64,000 nucleotides of DNA from an uncultured Clostridia bacterium (GTDB lineage: Bacteria; Bacillota; Clostridia; TANB77; CAG-508), in assembly GCA_948852945.1 (NCBI GenBank), contig CAQPBJ010000004.1, forward strand, positions 5,070-69,069, in the 5' to 3' direction. A program made the translations under genes and the position numbers. Shown piece by piece: positions 43,815-53,173 of the stretch. Positions within the stretch are counted from its first letter, which is position 1; each line of letters opens with the position of its first letter. The notes under the pieces were generated by a model. The model ran no database searches. It was not told where the DNA came from and worked only from the letters and a program-made list of their open reading frames with translations.

Positions 43815-46800
43815 ATGTCTGAAACTAAAGATAATATTAGAAGAATTATAAGTAATAACGAATTTTTAGATTATAAAAAAGTTCTTGGTAAAGATAACCT
43901 AGAAACTGTAGAATTTACTTTAGTATTATTAAAACAATATTATGGTTTTTCCACTACAGAAATCAGCTCGATTTATGACTATTCCGAAGAAGATTTTGTT
44001 TCTGAACTTAATGAGTCTAATATTGATTTTTTCCAATTATCAGAAGAACAATTCTTTTCTAAGCTATCTGATAATAAAAAAGAAATTTTTAAACAATTAG
44101 CTCATAATATTGTTTCACGTGTAAAACCAGAAAAATTAAAAGAACTTATTTCTTCTGATGAATTACTATCTGTTGATATAGATTCGTTTAATAACTATTT
44201 AGATGAACTCGAAAAAGAAAAACAAGAAATATTTAAAATATTGAGTACTAGTGATTTAAGTCAAATTTTACCTAAGAGTTTTTTCGATTGTGATTTTTTA
44301 GATAAAATTAATTTAGAAAATTCTGGTGCTCGTTTGGATATGGAAAATTTCAACTATGATGCCAGAGTTTCTGGTTCATTAAAAGGTTGCGAATTACTTT
44401 CTTTTTCTATAAATCACTATATTGATCCTGATGCGTCGGAACTTTTATCTATGTGGTCTCATATTAGTGCTGATTGTTTAGATGAAAGTCAATATATAGC
44501 TGTAGCTCAATATTATCTTTTACATGGTTTGATTTTATCTGAAAAAGAACATTTTTTATTTCAAGCTCCTAATATTCAAGATGAGCTTCAATTATTATAT
44601 GAAAAAGTCTTAAAAGACAATAAGTATTCAGCATATGGATATCTAAATTTATATAATTGTATGACTCCTGAAGCACAAGCTAAAAATAGCGCATATATTG
44701 ATAGAATAATTACTTTAGCTAAAAATAGTGATGATAAATATTCTATTGAAAAGTCTATACAATATATGAGTCTTTCTCAATTTGATAAATATTTTCCTGA
44801 CATTTTAAAATTATATACTAATGCTGATGGAACAATGAATTTAGACAATTTTATTTCAATGGTTTGGGGTTATTGTAATTCAGAAGTTCAACTTAATTAC
44901 TTTGAGAAATTTAAAGATATTATTAATCAAACAGCTACTAACAATAATAAGGATTTTTATGTTTATAGGCTATTAGAATCTTCTAGTGAAGAAGCTCAAA
45001 AAGTCTTTTTGCAAAATCTTTTGGAAGAAAGTCGTACTAATGGTGGAGCTTTAAGTTTAAGTAAAGTTGATGATATTTTGTCTCATACTTCAAAAAATGT
45101 AGATATTTCTGATGATTATTTTGAAGAAATTTTAAGCTTAGTTAATCCCGAAAAATATTCTTCAGTTGTTAAATTTTATAATGTATGGCAGAATATTGGT
45201 TTACATGCTCAACAAAAATATTTGCCTACAATGCTTAACCATCTTGAAATTTTTAATTTTGTTGAGTTGTGGAATCGAACTGATTTGGAAGCTCAAAAAA
45301 ATTTATATAATGAATTAATTCCTATTATAGAAAAAGACTATCCTTCTTTAGAACATCAATTTAAAGGCGATATTTATATTTCTCTTTTAAAAAATATGCC
45401 TGAAAAAGATGCTTCTGAATGGATACATAATGATGTACCTAAATTTATTGATGCTTTTAGAAAAAAATATAATGATAATGAAAAAGATTTTATAGATTAT
45501 AGCAAGTATACTGATTTTGAATTAGCTAATATTCTTTTACAATTAGAAAATAGTGGTGATTTAAATGATTCTAATATTAATTCTATTTTAAATAATTTGC
45601 CTACTTTGGGTAAACAAATTATTTATAGAGTTATTAATTGTAATTCTAAAATGATTCAAAATGAAGCTTCAAAAATTTTATCAAAACTGGCACAAAATCC
45701 TAAAAATGCTGGTCAGCTTTTGACTGAAATTGAAAATATTTTTGCCCAAAGAAATTTACCTGATTTTGTGAAATTTTATAAGTATTTTGAGCTTTTACAA
45801 TATGATGATAAAATAAATTTTTCATCTTCCTATCTTTCTCCTGCTTTAGCTAATACTCAGAGTAAAACTTTAAGTAAAAGAATTATTTTTTCAGATTTAA
45901 TGCGAATATCTATGGATTCAAATAATAAATCGATGAAAAATTTTGTGGATACTTTAGAACGCGGTAATGCTTTATATGTAAAAGTAATGAACAATCAACT
46001 TGATGTTCAAGATTTTTCTAATGAAGATAGGTTTTTAGCACAAGAATATACTAAAACTTTATATTTTTTATATGAATTATCAGATGCTAGTGTAGTAGAT
46101 AAAAAAGATGGTAGAAAGCTTTCGTTAACTGGTGATATAAAACAGGATTTTGAGTCTTTAGGTAGAAGATATTCACATGATGGCCTTATTAAAAATTTAC
46201 CTGACCAAATTTTAAGAAGTATTATTGGTCCATATCAAGAACTCTTTGAAGGCATTGATTCCGTAGAAAAAATCAAAGAATATATGCATCAAAAAATTGA
46301 AACTTCGAATAAAAGACATTTTGAACTTGCTGATAGTAAAATTGATTTGAAACCTGGTGATTTAGTTAAAGGTATTAAAGATAGCTCTAGAGTTTCCCCT
46401 TCTCTTGTATCAGATGGTATAAGGGCTGGTGAATTTTTAGGTGTTGACAGTCATTCTGACCTTACTCCTTTGGATACTGATTTTAGCGCAATATTACCTG
46501 GAAATGAGGGTCAAGGATTTATTGGTAAGCTTAATAATACTATGTCTGCTAGCTATGGAGATATGTTTTTTGTAGTAAAATATAATCCAACTAAAATGGA
46601 GTATTCTAGACAAAATGATGATTTAAATGTTCTGTCTCAAGAAATAAAAATGAGTGATAAAATATCGTCAAGAAATGAACCTGATACTATTATAAAAAGG
46701 ATTAATGATAGGTCTAGAAATGAATATGATGCTAAAAAATTAGAAATATTTTCTAGCAAATTTTCTGGTGAACACTATGGTATTAGAACAGGTGTAGGTA

Positions 46801-48080
46801 TTACTGATATTGATTATATTGTTTTGACAAGTGGCTATAATAAACGTTTAGGTTTTGAATTAGCTATGAATGGAACTTATATTCCTGTTTTTGATGCTAA
46901 ATCTGAAGAATTGTTATTTTCTCCTGAAGATTATGAATCAATTAGAAGTCAAATGCAAGGTTTATCTTTTTATGATGCTGGTAATTTTGTGGTTGATGAG
47001 TCAGCTAAAACTGCTCAAGCAAAAGAAATTGTAGATGAATTATTTTCTACTGGTGATGTTGACGAATCTATTAGTGAAAAAGAGGCTAAGTCTAAAAGAA
47101 GTGCTATACAATATCAAGTTGTAAAAGCTTTGTCTGAAAATATGGGAATAGGTCTTGAAAATCATGTTACTGGTAATATGACTGAAGGATTTGTTGAATT
47201 TATAGATACCGGTTCTACTGGCCGTGGTACTAATGTTCCTGGTAGCGGTGATTTTGATTTCATGATGAAAGTTGATAAAAATATTATAGATAATCCTTCT
47301 AGAATGGAAGAATTTAAAACTCATTTAAGAAAAGTATTAGCTATTCCTTCAAATGACCCAGAAACTTCTACAGAAGAATTAGGCGGAAACTTTAGATATA
47401 AAAAGGTCTCTATTGAAGGTATAGCAGAACCTGTAGATATTGACGTTACTTTTGCTCCTAAAAATGAAGAAATTACTTATTCAACTGATATGTGTGTTAA
47501 AGATAGATTAAATCATCTTAAAACTTCAGACCCTGAGGGGTATAAGTATACAGTTGCGAATATAGTTCTTGCTAAAAGATTACTTAAAAAAGAAGGTTTG
47601 TATAAGAAACATAACAGTGATGGTGCAACGCAATATGGCGGTTTTGGTGGTGTTGGCGTAGAAAATTGGATTCTTCAAAATGGCGGTTCTTTAATAACTG
47701 CTATGGATAGCTTTTTAGAAGCTTCAGCAAAAACTAAAGAATTTGATGAATTTAAGGAACTTTATCCAATTTTTGATTTTGGTGAAAATCATGCTTCAAA
47801 AGGTTCTTATCCTCATGATACTTTCATAAATGGCTTGACTCAAGAAGGATATTTGCAGATGAAAACTAGATTTAGAGAATTGAAAAACGAATTAACGTCT
47901 ATTGAAGTAGTTTCAGATAAAACTCGTTTAGCTGAAACTATTATAGAAGACACAGAAAACTTGGCTAAAGATGCTAGAAAAGGTTCTGTTTTGGCTACAA
48001 TGTCTGAACTTACAAATTTATATAATGAAATTGAAAATCCATCGATTACTAATAAAGAGGTTAATGATTATGACAAATGA
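43815..48080 (+). CDS. Large (1421 aa) protein with helical repeats and a C-terminal Pol-beta-superfamily nucleotidyltransferase-like domain
   Basis: GGAG lies 9 nt before ATG 43815. NTase signature GSTGRGTNVPGSGDFDFMMKV is at 47211-47270. Downstream, KKHNSDGATQYGGFGGVGVENWILQNGGS resembles the neck of class I CCA/poly(A)-type enzymes. The N-terminal half has recurring W/L-x(5-7)-EAQ helical units at 44640-45330. Confidence 0.75.
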   Translation: MSETKDNIRRIISNNEFLDYKKVLGKDNLETVEFTLVLLKQYYGFSTTEISSIYDYSEEDFVSELNESNIDFFQLSEEQFFSKLSDNKKEIFKQLAHNIVSRVKPEKLKELISSDELLSVDIDSFNNYLDELEKEKQEIFKILSTSDLSQILPKSFFDCDFLDKINLENSGARLDMENFNYDARVSGSLKGCELLSFSINHYIDPDASELLSMWSHISADCLDESQYIAVAQYYLLHGLILSEKEHFLFQAPNIQDELQLLYEKVLKDNKYSAYGYLNLYNCMTPEAQAKNSAYIDRIITLAKNSDDKYSIEKSIQYMSLSQFDKYFPDILKLYTNADGTMNLDNFISMVWGYCNSEVQLNYFEKFKDIINQTATNNNKDFYVYRLLESSSEEAQKVFLQNLLEESRTNGGALSLSKVDDILSHTSKNVDISDDYFEEILSLVNPEKYSSVVKFYNVWQNIGLHAQQKYLPTMLNHLEIFNFVELWNRTDLEAQKNLYNELIPIIEKDYPSLEHQFKGDIYISLLKNMPEKDASEWIHNDVPKFIDAFRKKYNDNEKDFIDYSKYTDFELANILLQLENSGDLNDSNINSILNNLPTLGKQIIYRVINCNSKMIQNEASKILSKLAQNPKNAGQLLTEIENIFAQRNLPDFVKFYKYFELLQYDDKINFSSSYLSPALANTQSKTLSKRIIFSDLMRISMDSNNKSMKNFVDTLERGNALYVKVMNNQLDVQDFSNEDRFLAQEYTKTLYFLYELSDASVVDKKDGRKLSLTGDIKQDFESLGRRYSHDGLIKNLPDQILRSIIGPYQELFEGIDSVEKIKEYMHQKIETSNKRHFELADSKIDLKPGDLVKGIKDSSRVSPSLVSDGIRAGEFLGVDSHSDLTPLDTDFSAILPGNEGQGFIGKLNNTMSASYGDMFFVVKYNPTKMEYSRQNDDLNVLSQEIKMSDKISSRNEPDTIIKRINDRSRNEYDAKKLEIFSSKFSGEHYGIRTGVGITDIDYIVLTSGYNKRLGFELAMNGTYIPVFDAKSEELLFSPEDYESIRSQMQGLSFYDAGNFVVDESAKTAQAKEIVDELFSTGDVDESISEKEAKSKRSAIQYQVVKALSENMGIGLENHVTGNMTEGFVEFIDTGSTGRGTNVPGSGDFDFMMKVDKNIIDNPSRMEEFKTHLRKVLAIPSNDPETSTEELGGNFRYKKVSIEGIAEPVDIDVTFAPKNEEITYSTDMCVKDRLNHLKTSDPEGYKYTVANIVLAKRLLKKEGLYKKHNSDGATQYGGFGGVGVENWILQNGGSLITAMDSFLEASAKTKEFDEFKELYPIFDFGENHASKGSYPHDTFINGLTQEGYLQMKTRFRELKNELTSIEVVSDKTRLAETIIEDTENLAKDARKGSVLATMSELTNLYNEIENPSITNKEVNDYDK

Positions 48081-48516
48081 AATGGCTTTTGCAATAGCTG
48101 AAATTAACGAAATATTAAACTATTTATCTATCCAGCAAGTGAATAAAATCCCTTTAAAATTAAGGAATATGTTCACTTTAGTTTCACATGCCAATTATAT
48201 TCCTCATATTGATCCTAATAAAAGCATATTAGAGCAGGATATTAGTACAAAAACTAAGGATATTTTAGTATTATTTTATAGAAATTATTGGTCTGATAGT
48301 GATAATAAAAATGAGATTGATAAGATTTTAGACGAAAATGAGAATAGATACCAACTTGAACTTAGTCAAAAGTATAGTACCTATAATATTTTTAATTCTT
48401 CTAATAGCGCTATGACTCTTCCAGAGAATGATGTTCAGGATAATAAACTTATTGTTAAGAAGGATAACTTTATTACCAAGATTATAAATAAATTAAAATC
48501 TTGGTTTAGTCATTAA
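48070..48516 (+). CDS. Small protein (about 148 aa) translationally coupled to the large NTase-domain gene
   Basis: GAGG is followed by ATGATTATG (starts at 48064, 48070 or 48082). These overlap the upstream TGA at 48078-48080. I recognise no motif in the product. Confidence 0.6.
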   Translation: MTNEMAFAIAEINEILNYLSIQQVNKIPLKLRNMFTLVSHANYIPHIDPNKSILEQDISTKTKDILVLFYRNYWSDSDNKNEIDKILDENENRYQLELSQKYSTYNIFNSSNSAMTLPENDVQDNKLIVKKDNFITKIINKLKSWFSH

Positions 48517-48543
48517 AATTGTTTATTATAATGCTATTTTAAC

Positions 48544-48697
48544 AAAGAACAATAGTGGGCTGATAAAAATTTGCTAAACTTTAATAAGCAACGTTCAGCC
48601 CACGTTTAATTGTTCGTCCGCGAAAATTCTGAAAGAATTTTCTGTGGAATGTATTTATATTATAGGAAGTTCGGAGAACTTTCCTATAATATAAAAA
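48544..48697 (+). repeat. 154-bp direct repeat, copy B
   Basis: Identical to 41986-42139. It lies between the stop of the small ORF and its terminator. Confidence 0.95.
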
Positions 48698-48699
48698 TA

Positions 48700-48729
48700 G
48701 ACGTTCTATTTAAGAACGTCTTCTTTTTT
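48700..48729 (+). terminator. Terminator of the + strand two-gene unit
   Basis: GACGTTCT / AGAACGTC stem followed by TTCTTTTTT. It overlaps the last codons of the convergent gene. Confidence 0.6.
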
Positions 48730-50214
48730 GTTTATTTTAAAGTTTGATATATGTATTGATGTTATTGGTATTAATGCTATTATATATGGAATTATATATC
48801 TTGATTTTGCTTCCCATAAGATATGAAATGCAAATCCTCCTATAAAAATTGTTAATAAAAATATTACTTCTAATGAAAGTTTTTTTCTATTTTGTATTAT
48901 GATTATTAAACTGCTGGATGTTATTAATAAAAGTGTTACTTTTTGATAAAATGTTACTGGATTTTCAGCATTTTTTAATATTTTATTTTCTCCGATGTTA
49001 TTATTCCAAAATGCTGAATATGTATTTTCTCCCCACATTGATGCTAGCTTTTTAGTGTAAAAATCTGCTGTGTATTTTATATTTTTTGATAAATATTTTA
49101 CTCTTTCTTTTATCTTTTCTTTATATTCATTTTCTATATTTTCTTTTTGGTGTAGTGCTGGTTCGGCTATAGGTTCGTTGTACCATCCGTTTCCTCTCCA
49201 TGATTCTTCCATTGCCATTAAAATAAAACTTGCTTTTGGATATCCTTTATTTTTATCTAAATTATATTTTTGAAAATAATAGTTTTCTACTAAATTCGCT
49301 GGAACGAATGAGATTATTAAATATATTGCTATTATTATTAAGTTTATCGCACTTTTCTTCCATTCTGTTTTATTAAATTCTTTTATTAAATTTAATATTA
49401 AATATACTACTGTTGCTATTATAAATATTAAACTATTCATTCGCATCATATATGCAAAAGCTGTTAGTATTGCTGCTATTACTATGTGTTTTATTTTTTT
49501 GCTTTGTGTATATTTCATTATATAATATACTGCAAATAGTGATAGCCCTAAGCTTGGAATGTCTCCATATATAAATGTTGTTAGCATTAATAATGGTGCA
49601 CATGTTAATATTAATATTATTGGTAAGGTTGTACTTGTTTTGTATTGTTTAGATAGTTGATTACATATCTTGTATATTGCAAAAATAATGGCTAAATTTC
49701 CAATTATATTTACTACTCTTAGTATTGCTATTACATCAAAATATGTCATTTTAAAGGCTAATTTATATACATATGCTAAGTGTATTTGTTGAGGATATTT
49801 TTCTATATATTCTTTTAGTGTTATTCCTGCATACGTTTTATTGTTTAGAAATTCATTATCGTCTCCTCTATAAAAGGTTTGTGCTAGGTTTGCTACATGT
49901 ATTGAGTCACCGCCTATTCCTGGTCTTACTAAAATTATCCATAATATACTTAATATAATGTATATTACTAATGCTGCTATAAATATATTTTTTCTAATCT
50001 TTTTTTCTTTTTCGCTTTTTTCTAACTTTTTGTCTAATTTTCTTGTTATAAAATATATTAATATCCCTACTAATATAATTGAAATTATGTAAAATATATT
50101 ATTATAATTTATTATTACATGTTCTGATAAGTCTAGTTTGGCTGTAAATATTAAGTTTATTCCTGTTACAATTAATAGTGAAATTATTCCTATTATATAT
50201 ATGATTTTTTTCAT
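48706..50214 (-). CDS. Polytopic membrane protein, probably a GT-C-fold glycosyltransferase (GT39/ArnT-like)
   Basis: 502 aa with about 11 hydrophobic segments. The first external loop carries acidic motifs (GGDSIHV, RGDDNEF). The call rests on overall resemblance only. Confidence 0.45.
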   Translation of the reverse strand: MKKIIYIIGIISLLIVTGINLIFTAKLDLSEHVIINYNNIFYIISIILVGILIYFITRKLDKKLEKSEKEKKIRKNIFIAALVIYIILSILWIILVRPGIGGDSIHVANLAQTFYRGDDNEFLNNKTYAGITLKEYIEKYPQQIHLAYVYKLAFKMTYFDVIAILRVVNIIGNLAIIFAIYKICNQLSKQYKTSTTLPIILILTCAPLLMLTTFIYGDIPSLGLSLFAVYYIMKYTQSKKIKHIVIAAILTAFAYMMRMNSLIFIIATVVYLILNLIKEFNKTEWKKSAINLIIIAIYLIISFVPANLVENYYFQKYNLDKNKGYPKASFILMAMEESWRGNGWYNEPIAEPALHQKENIENEYKEKIKERVKYLSKNIKYTADFYTKKLASMWGENTYSAFWNNNIGENKILKNAENPVTFYQKVTLLLITSSSLIIIIQNRKKLSLEVIFLLTIFIGGFAFHILWEAKSRYIIPYIIALIPITSIHISNFKINKKEDVLK

Positions 50215-50347
50215 TTTTTCTCCCTTTATCTTAATGTTTATCCTAATAAATTATATTATATTTTTTATATTTTTCAACTTTTTGAGCAAAAAAAAACTCA
50301 CAAATGAGTGAGAAAAAAAATAATGATTTTTATTTTTTAGTTTGGTG

Positions 50348-51025
50348 TTACAAATGGGTTACTCCGCCGCCGCTCATGAATCTTCCGAATTTGGTGTCAT
50401 ACCTGAACCCGGATATGTTATTTTTGAAGCCATAGCTCTCTTCTTTCAGTTTGTCACTGTCATACTCATACTTATAACTTTTGTACGAAACAATTTCATC
50501 CTGAAAGTAGATGGCTTCTCCGGCATCGATGTGAGATGGCTCACTTTCGTGCTGAAAACAACCGATGTTCTCCGGTGCACCGAACTCTTCGACCTGGATA
50601 TATGGCCGGAATACCACAAATTCTTGCCTACAGGAAAGACTTGCGATATAGATGGGTGATTTGATATGTGAATGCTCTACTTCCAGCTTGTACGCATCAT
50701 AATTTATTCCATCTACCATCATGCATCCGTACTCCTCAAGGGAGTTAATCTGCACACCTCCTGTTTTTGCAAGTTTTTGGATTCTCTCGGCCAGCCACTC
50801 GAAATTCACGTCGGTTCGTGAATGAAATCCGTTTGGATATTTCTTCCGGATCTCTTCCAGTAGCTCCTCTTTGTCGGGGATCTCTGTGAAATACGGTGCT
50901 CCATCAAGGCCTCTTACACTTGGCTTACTGTCCTTATCAAATAGTATCTCGATAAGTCCACAACCAGGCGTGAGGTATTGAAGTTTGTTTTGCACGCAAT
51001 CACATTCTTCGTACGTCCACTTCAT
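50348..51025 (-). CDS. Hypothetical cytoplasmic protein (higher-GC islet)
   Basis: RBS AAAGGTGGTG precedes ATG 51025. The 225-aa product has no recognisable motif. Confidence 0.6.
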   Translation of the reverse strand: MKWTYEECDCVQNKLQYLTPGCGLIEILFDKDSKPSVRGLDGAPYFTEIPDKEELLEEIRKKYPNGFHSRTDVNFEWLAERIQKLAKTGGVQINSLEEYGCMMVDGINYDAYKLEVEHSHIKSPIYIASLSCRQEFVVFRPYIQVEEFGAPENIGCFQHESEPSHIDAGEAIYFQDEIVSYKSYKYEYDSDKLKEESYGFKNNISGFRYDTKFGRFMSGGGVTHL

Positions 51026-51161
51026 GTTGTCACCACCTTTTTTTCTGCCAACAGTTTGGCGATACAAGTTAATTAGTTGCCAATATATATTATATCATGT
51101 TTACATAATGTTGTAAATATTTGGCATAAAAAAACTAGCATATATTATGCTAGTTTTAAAT

Positions 51162-53030
51162 TTATGGATTTGTTTGTTCTGGTGGTGTTGGTTCTACTAC
51201 TGGTATGCTTGGAGTAGGTGTTGGTTCTGTAGGTGTTGGTGTTGGTTCTTCAGATGGTGTTGGTTCTACTACTGGTATACTTGGAGTAGGTGTTGGTGTA
51301 ACTACTGGAGCAACTGCTTTTTTGGTTCCTACTCTTACAACTTTTGTTATTGTTGCATATGTATCTGTAGATAGTTGAACTTTATCTACTCTTCCATCTG
51401 GATAATATAAATATTTATATGTTACGCTTCTATATCCATTCATTCCTGCTGTTGTTACTTCTTGTCTTCCTTCTTCCATATTTGGATCTTCTATTGTGTT
51501 TACTGGACATGGTATTGTTGCTGTTGTTGTTGCTACTATTGATACTCGTGGCTCATTTTCTTCTTTTATTCCTGATATTGATACTGTAGCTACTCCACCG
51601 TTTATATATGCTGTTATTTTTACTGGATATTTTCTTGGATTTTTAAATTTAAAATCTAAGGCTCCATATGATACTGTAGCATCTCTTCCTGGGTCAACAT
51701 ATCCTGCTCCATATGAATGGTTATGTCTTTCTACTATATCTAAGTTTGCTAATACTACTGTATTGTAAAGTGTTGATGATATTTGGCAGATTCCGCCACC
51801 TAAACCATCTTCTACTCCTGAACTTGTAAATATATGTGCTTCTCTAAATCCGTTTTCTATTGATCTTTTTCCTACAGTTTGATTATATGAAAATGTTTCG
51901 CCTGGTTGTAATACATAATTATTTATTTTTTTGCAGGCTATTGCTAAGTTTGTACTTCTGTTTGAGTTTCCTGCATCATATCTTGTTGTAAATGTTGCTA
52001 ATACATCTGGAAATGCTCTTGAACCTAGGTCTGCAACAGTAATTCCTGCTTTTGTTACTTTTAATGGAATTATATATTCTTCTTTATCTTCTTTTAATAA
52101 ATTTTTAATTTCATCCATTGTTATAGCAAAGTCAATTCCGTCTTTATCTACTACTACTTGGAATGGATCTTCTACTATATATGCGTCTTGTGGTTCTGTA
52201 TGTACTTGATTATAAATATCATCAATATCAATTTCTTTTGCTTTTTGATCTTTTACTTCTATTTCTTTTTCTTTTGGAAAACTTTTAGATATATTAGTTA
52301 TTGATTCTTTGATATCTTTTTCCATTTTTTCTTTATTTAGTATAATTCCATCTGTTCCTTTTGTTATTATTAATTCCTCTTCTTCTACGCTATAGGCATA
52401 TTCTTTTACTACTCCTGGTAACTCTAAATTTGTATCTGTTAAGAATTTATCTAAATTTTCTTCATTTAAATTTACTGCTAAATCAATGTCTTCTTTTTTA
52501 AATTTTCTTTTTATAACTTCAAAATTATTTTGAAAAATGTTTCCGTTTCTGCCCTTACTTACTGCTTTATCTACTGCTTCTTGGATATTTGCTTCTATCT
52601 CTAGTTGCTCCATCGGAAATTCTTTTGTATATTCTTTATACTTTAGTAGTATCGTTGATTCTTGCCTTTCTTTTACACTTTTTTCTATTAATTTATATGC
52701 TTCTTCTTTATTTAAACCAGAAACATCAATTCCGTCTATTGTTATTCCTTTAATTATTTTTGAGTTTGTCATACTAGTAAAGGCAAATCCTGTAAACAAT
52801 AGTAAAAAAAGTACAATTGCTACTATTGCTATTATAGATATTTTTATAGTTCTTTTTCTTTTTTCTACCATTTGTTCAATATATTCTTTTGAATTTGATG
52901 GTACTTTTGGTGCGTTTGGCTTTTTTTGAGCGTGCTCTGTTCTTCTTTTTCTTGGTGTTTTTGATGTGTCTGATGTGTTTACTACTTTTTTATTTCCGCT
53001 TTTTACTATATCTTTTCTATCTTCTTTCAT
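51162..53030 (-). CDS. VanW-family protein with a G5-like domain and a T/P-rich C-terminal tail
   Basis: VanW core motifs: FSYNQTVGKRS..GF and GGGICQISSTLYN. An N-terminal TM helix is present. The tail reads PVVTPTPTPSIPVVEPTPSEEPTPTPTEPTPTPSIPVVEPTPPEQ. GGAGGGG precedes ATG 53030, and GTG 53042 is the alternative start. Confidence 0.85.
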   Translation of the reverse strand: MKEDRKDIVKSGNKKVVNTSDTSKTPRKRRTEHAQKKPNAPKVPSNSKEYIEQMVEKRKRTIKISIIAIVAIVLFLLLFTGFAFTSMTNSKIIKGITIDGIDVSGLNKEEAYKLIEKSVKERQESTILLKYKEYTKEFPMEQLEIEANIQEAVDKAVSKGRNGNIFQNNFEVIKRKFKKEDIDLAVNLNEENLDKFLTDTNLELPGVVKEYAYSVEEEELIITKGTDGIILNKEKMEKDIKESITNISKSFPKEKEIEVKDQKAKEIDIDDIYNQVHTEPQDAYIVEDPFQVVVDKDGIDFAITMDEIKNLLKEDKEEYIIPLKVTKAGITVADLGSRAFPDVLATFTTRYDAGNSNRSTNLAIACKKINNYVLQPGETFSYNQTVGKRSIENGFREAHIFTSSGVEDGLGGGICQISSTLYNTVVLANLDIVERHNHSYGAGYVDPGRDATVSYGALDFKFKNPRKYPVKITAYINGGVATVSISGIKEENEPRVSIVATTTATIPCPVNTIEDPNMEEGRQEVTTAGMNGYRSVTYKYLYYPDGRVDKVQLSTDTYATITKVVRVGTKKAVAPVVTPTPTPSIPVVEPTPSEEPTPTPTEPTPTPSIPVVEPTPPEQTNP

Positions 53031-53088
53031 TTTCCCCTCCACTACTTTTTAGCACTTCTATCATAGCATATTGATTTTTTTTATTCAA

Positions 53089-53108
53089 TAGTTTAAATTT
53101 CTAAACTA
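53089..53108. promoter_or_regulatory. Candidate operator palindrome in the divergent intergenic region
   Basis: TAGTTTA-AATTTC-TAAACTA, located 65 nt upstream of the XRE-family repressor gene. Confidence 0.3.
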
Positions 53109-53173
53109 TCTTTACTAGACATTTTATTTTTTTATATATATAATATACATAAATATTATTAAGGAGTGGTATT

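Noticed and set aside
50286-50320. Putative bidirectional terminator (A-run, CTCAC..GTGAG, A-run) between the GT-C gene and the 50348 gene
   Set aside because: The stem is only 4-5 bp, which is too weak to call.
51147-51374. W/C-rich 75-aa plus-strand ORF
   Set aside because: It is the antisense translation of the T/P-rich tail of the VanW protein, where ACC/CCA-rich codons read as TGG/GGT.
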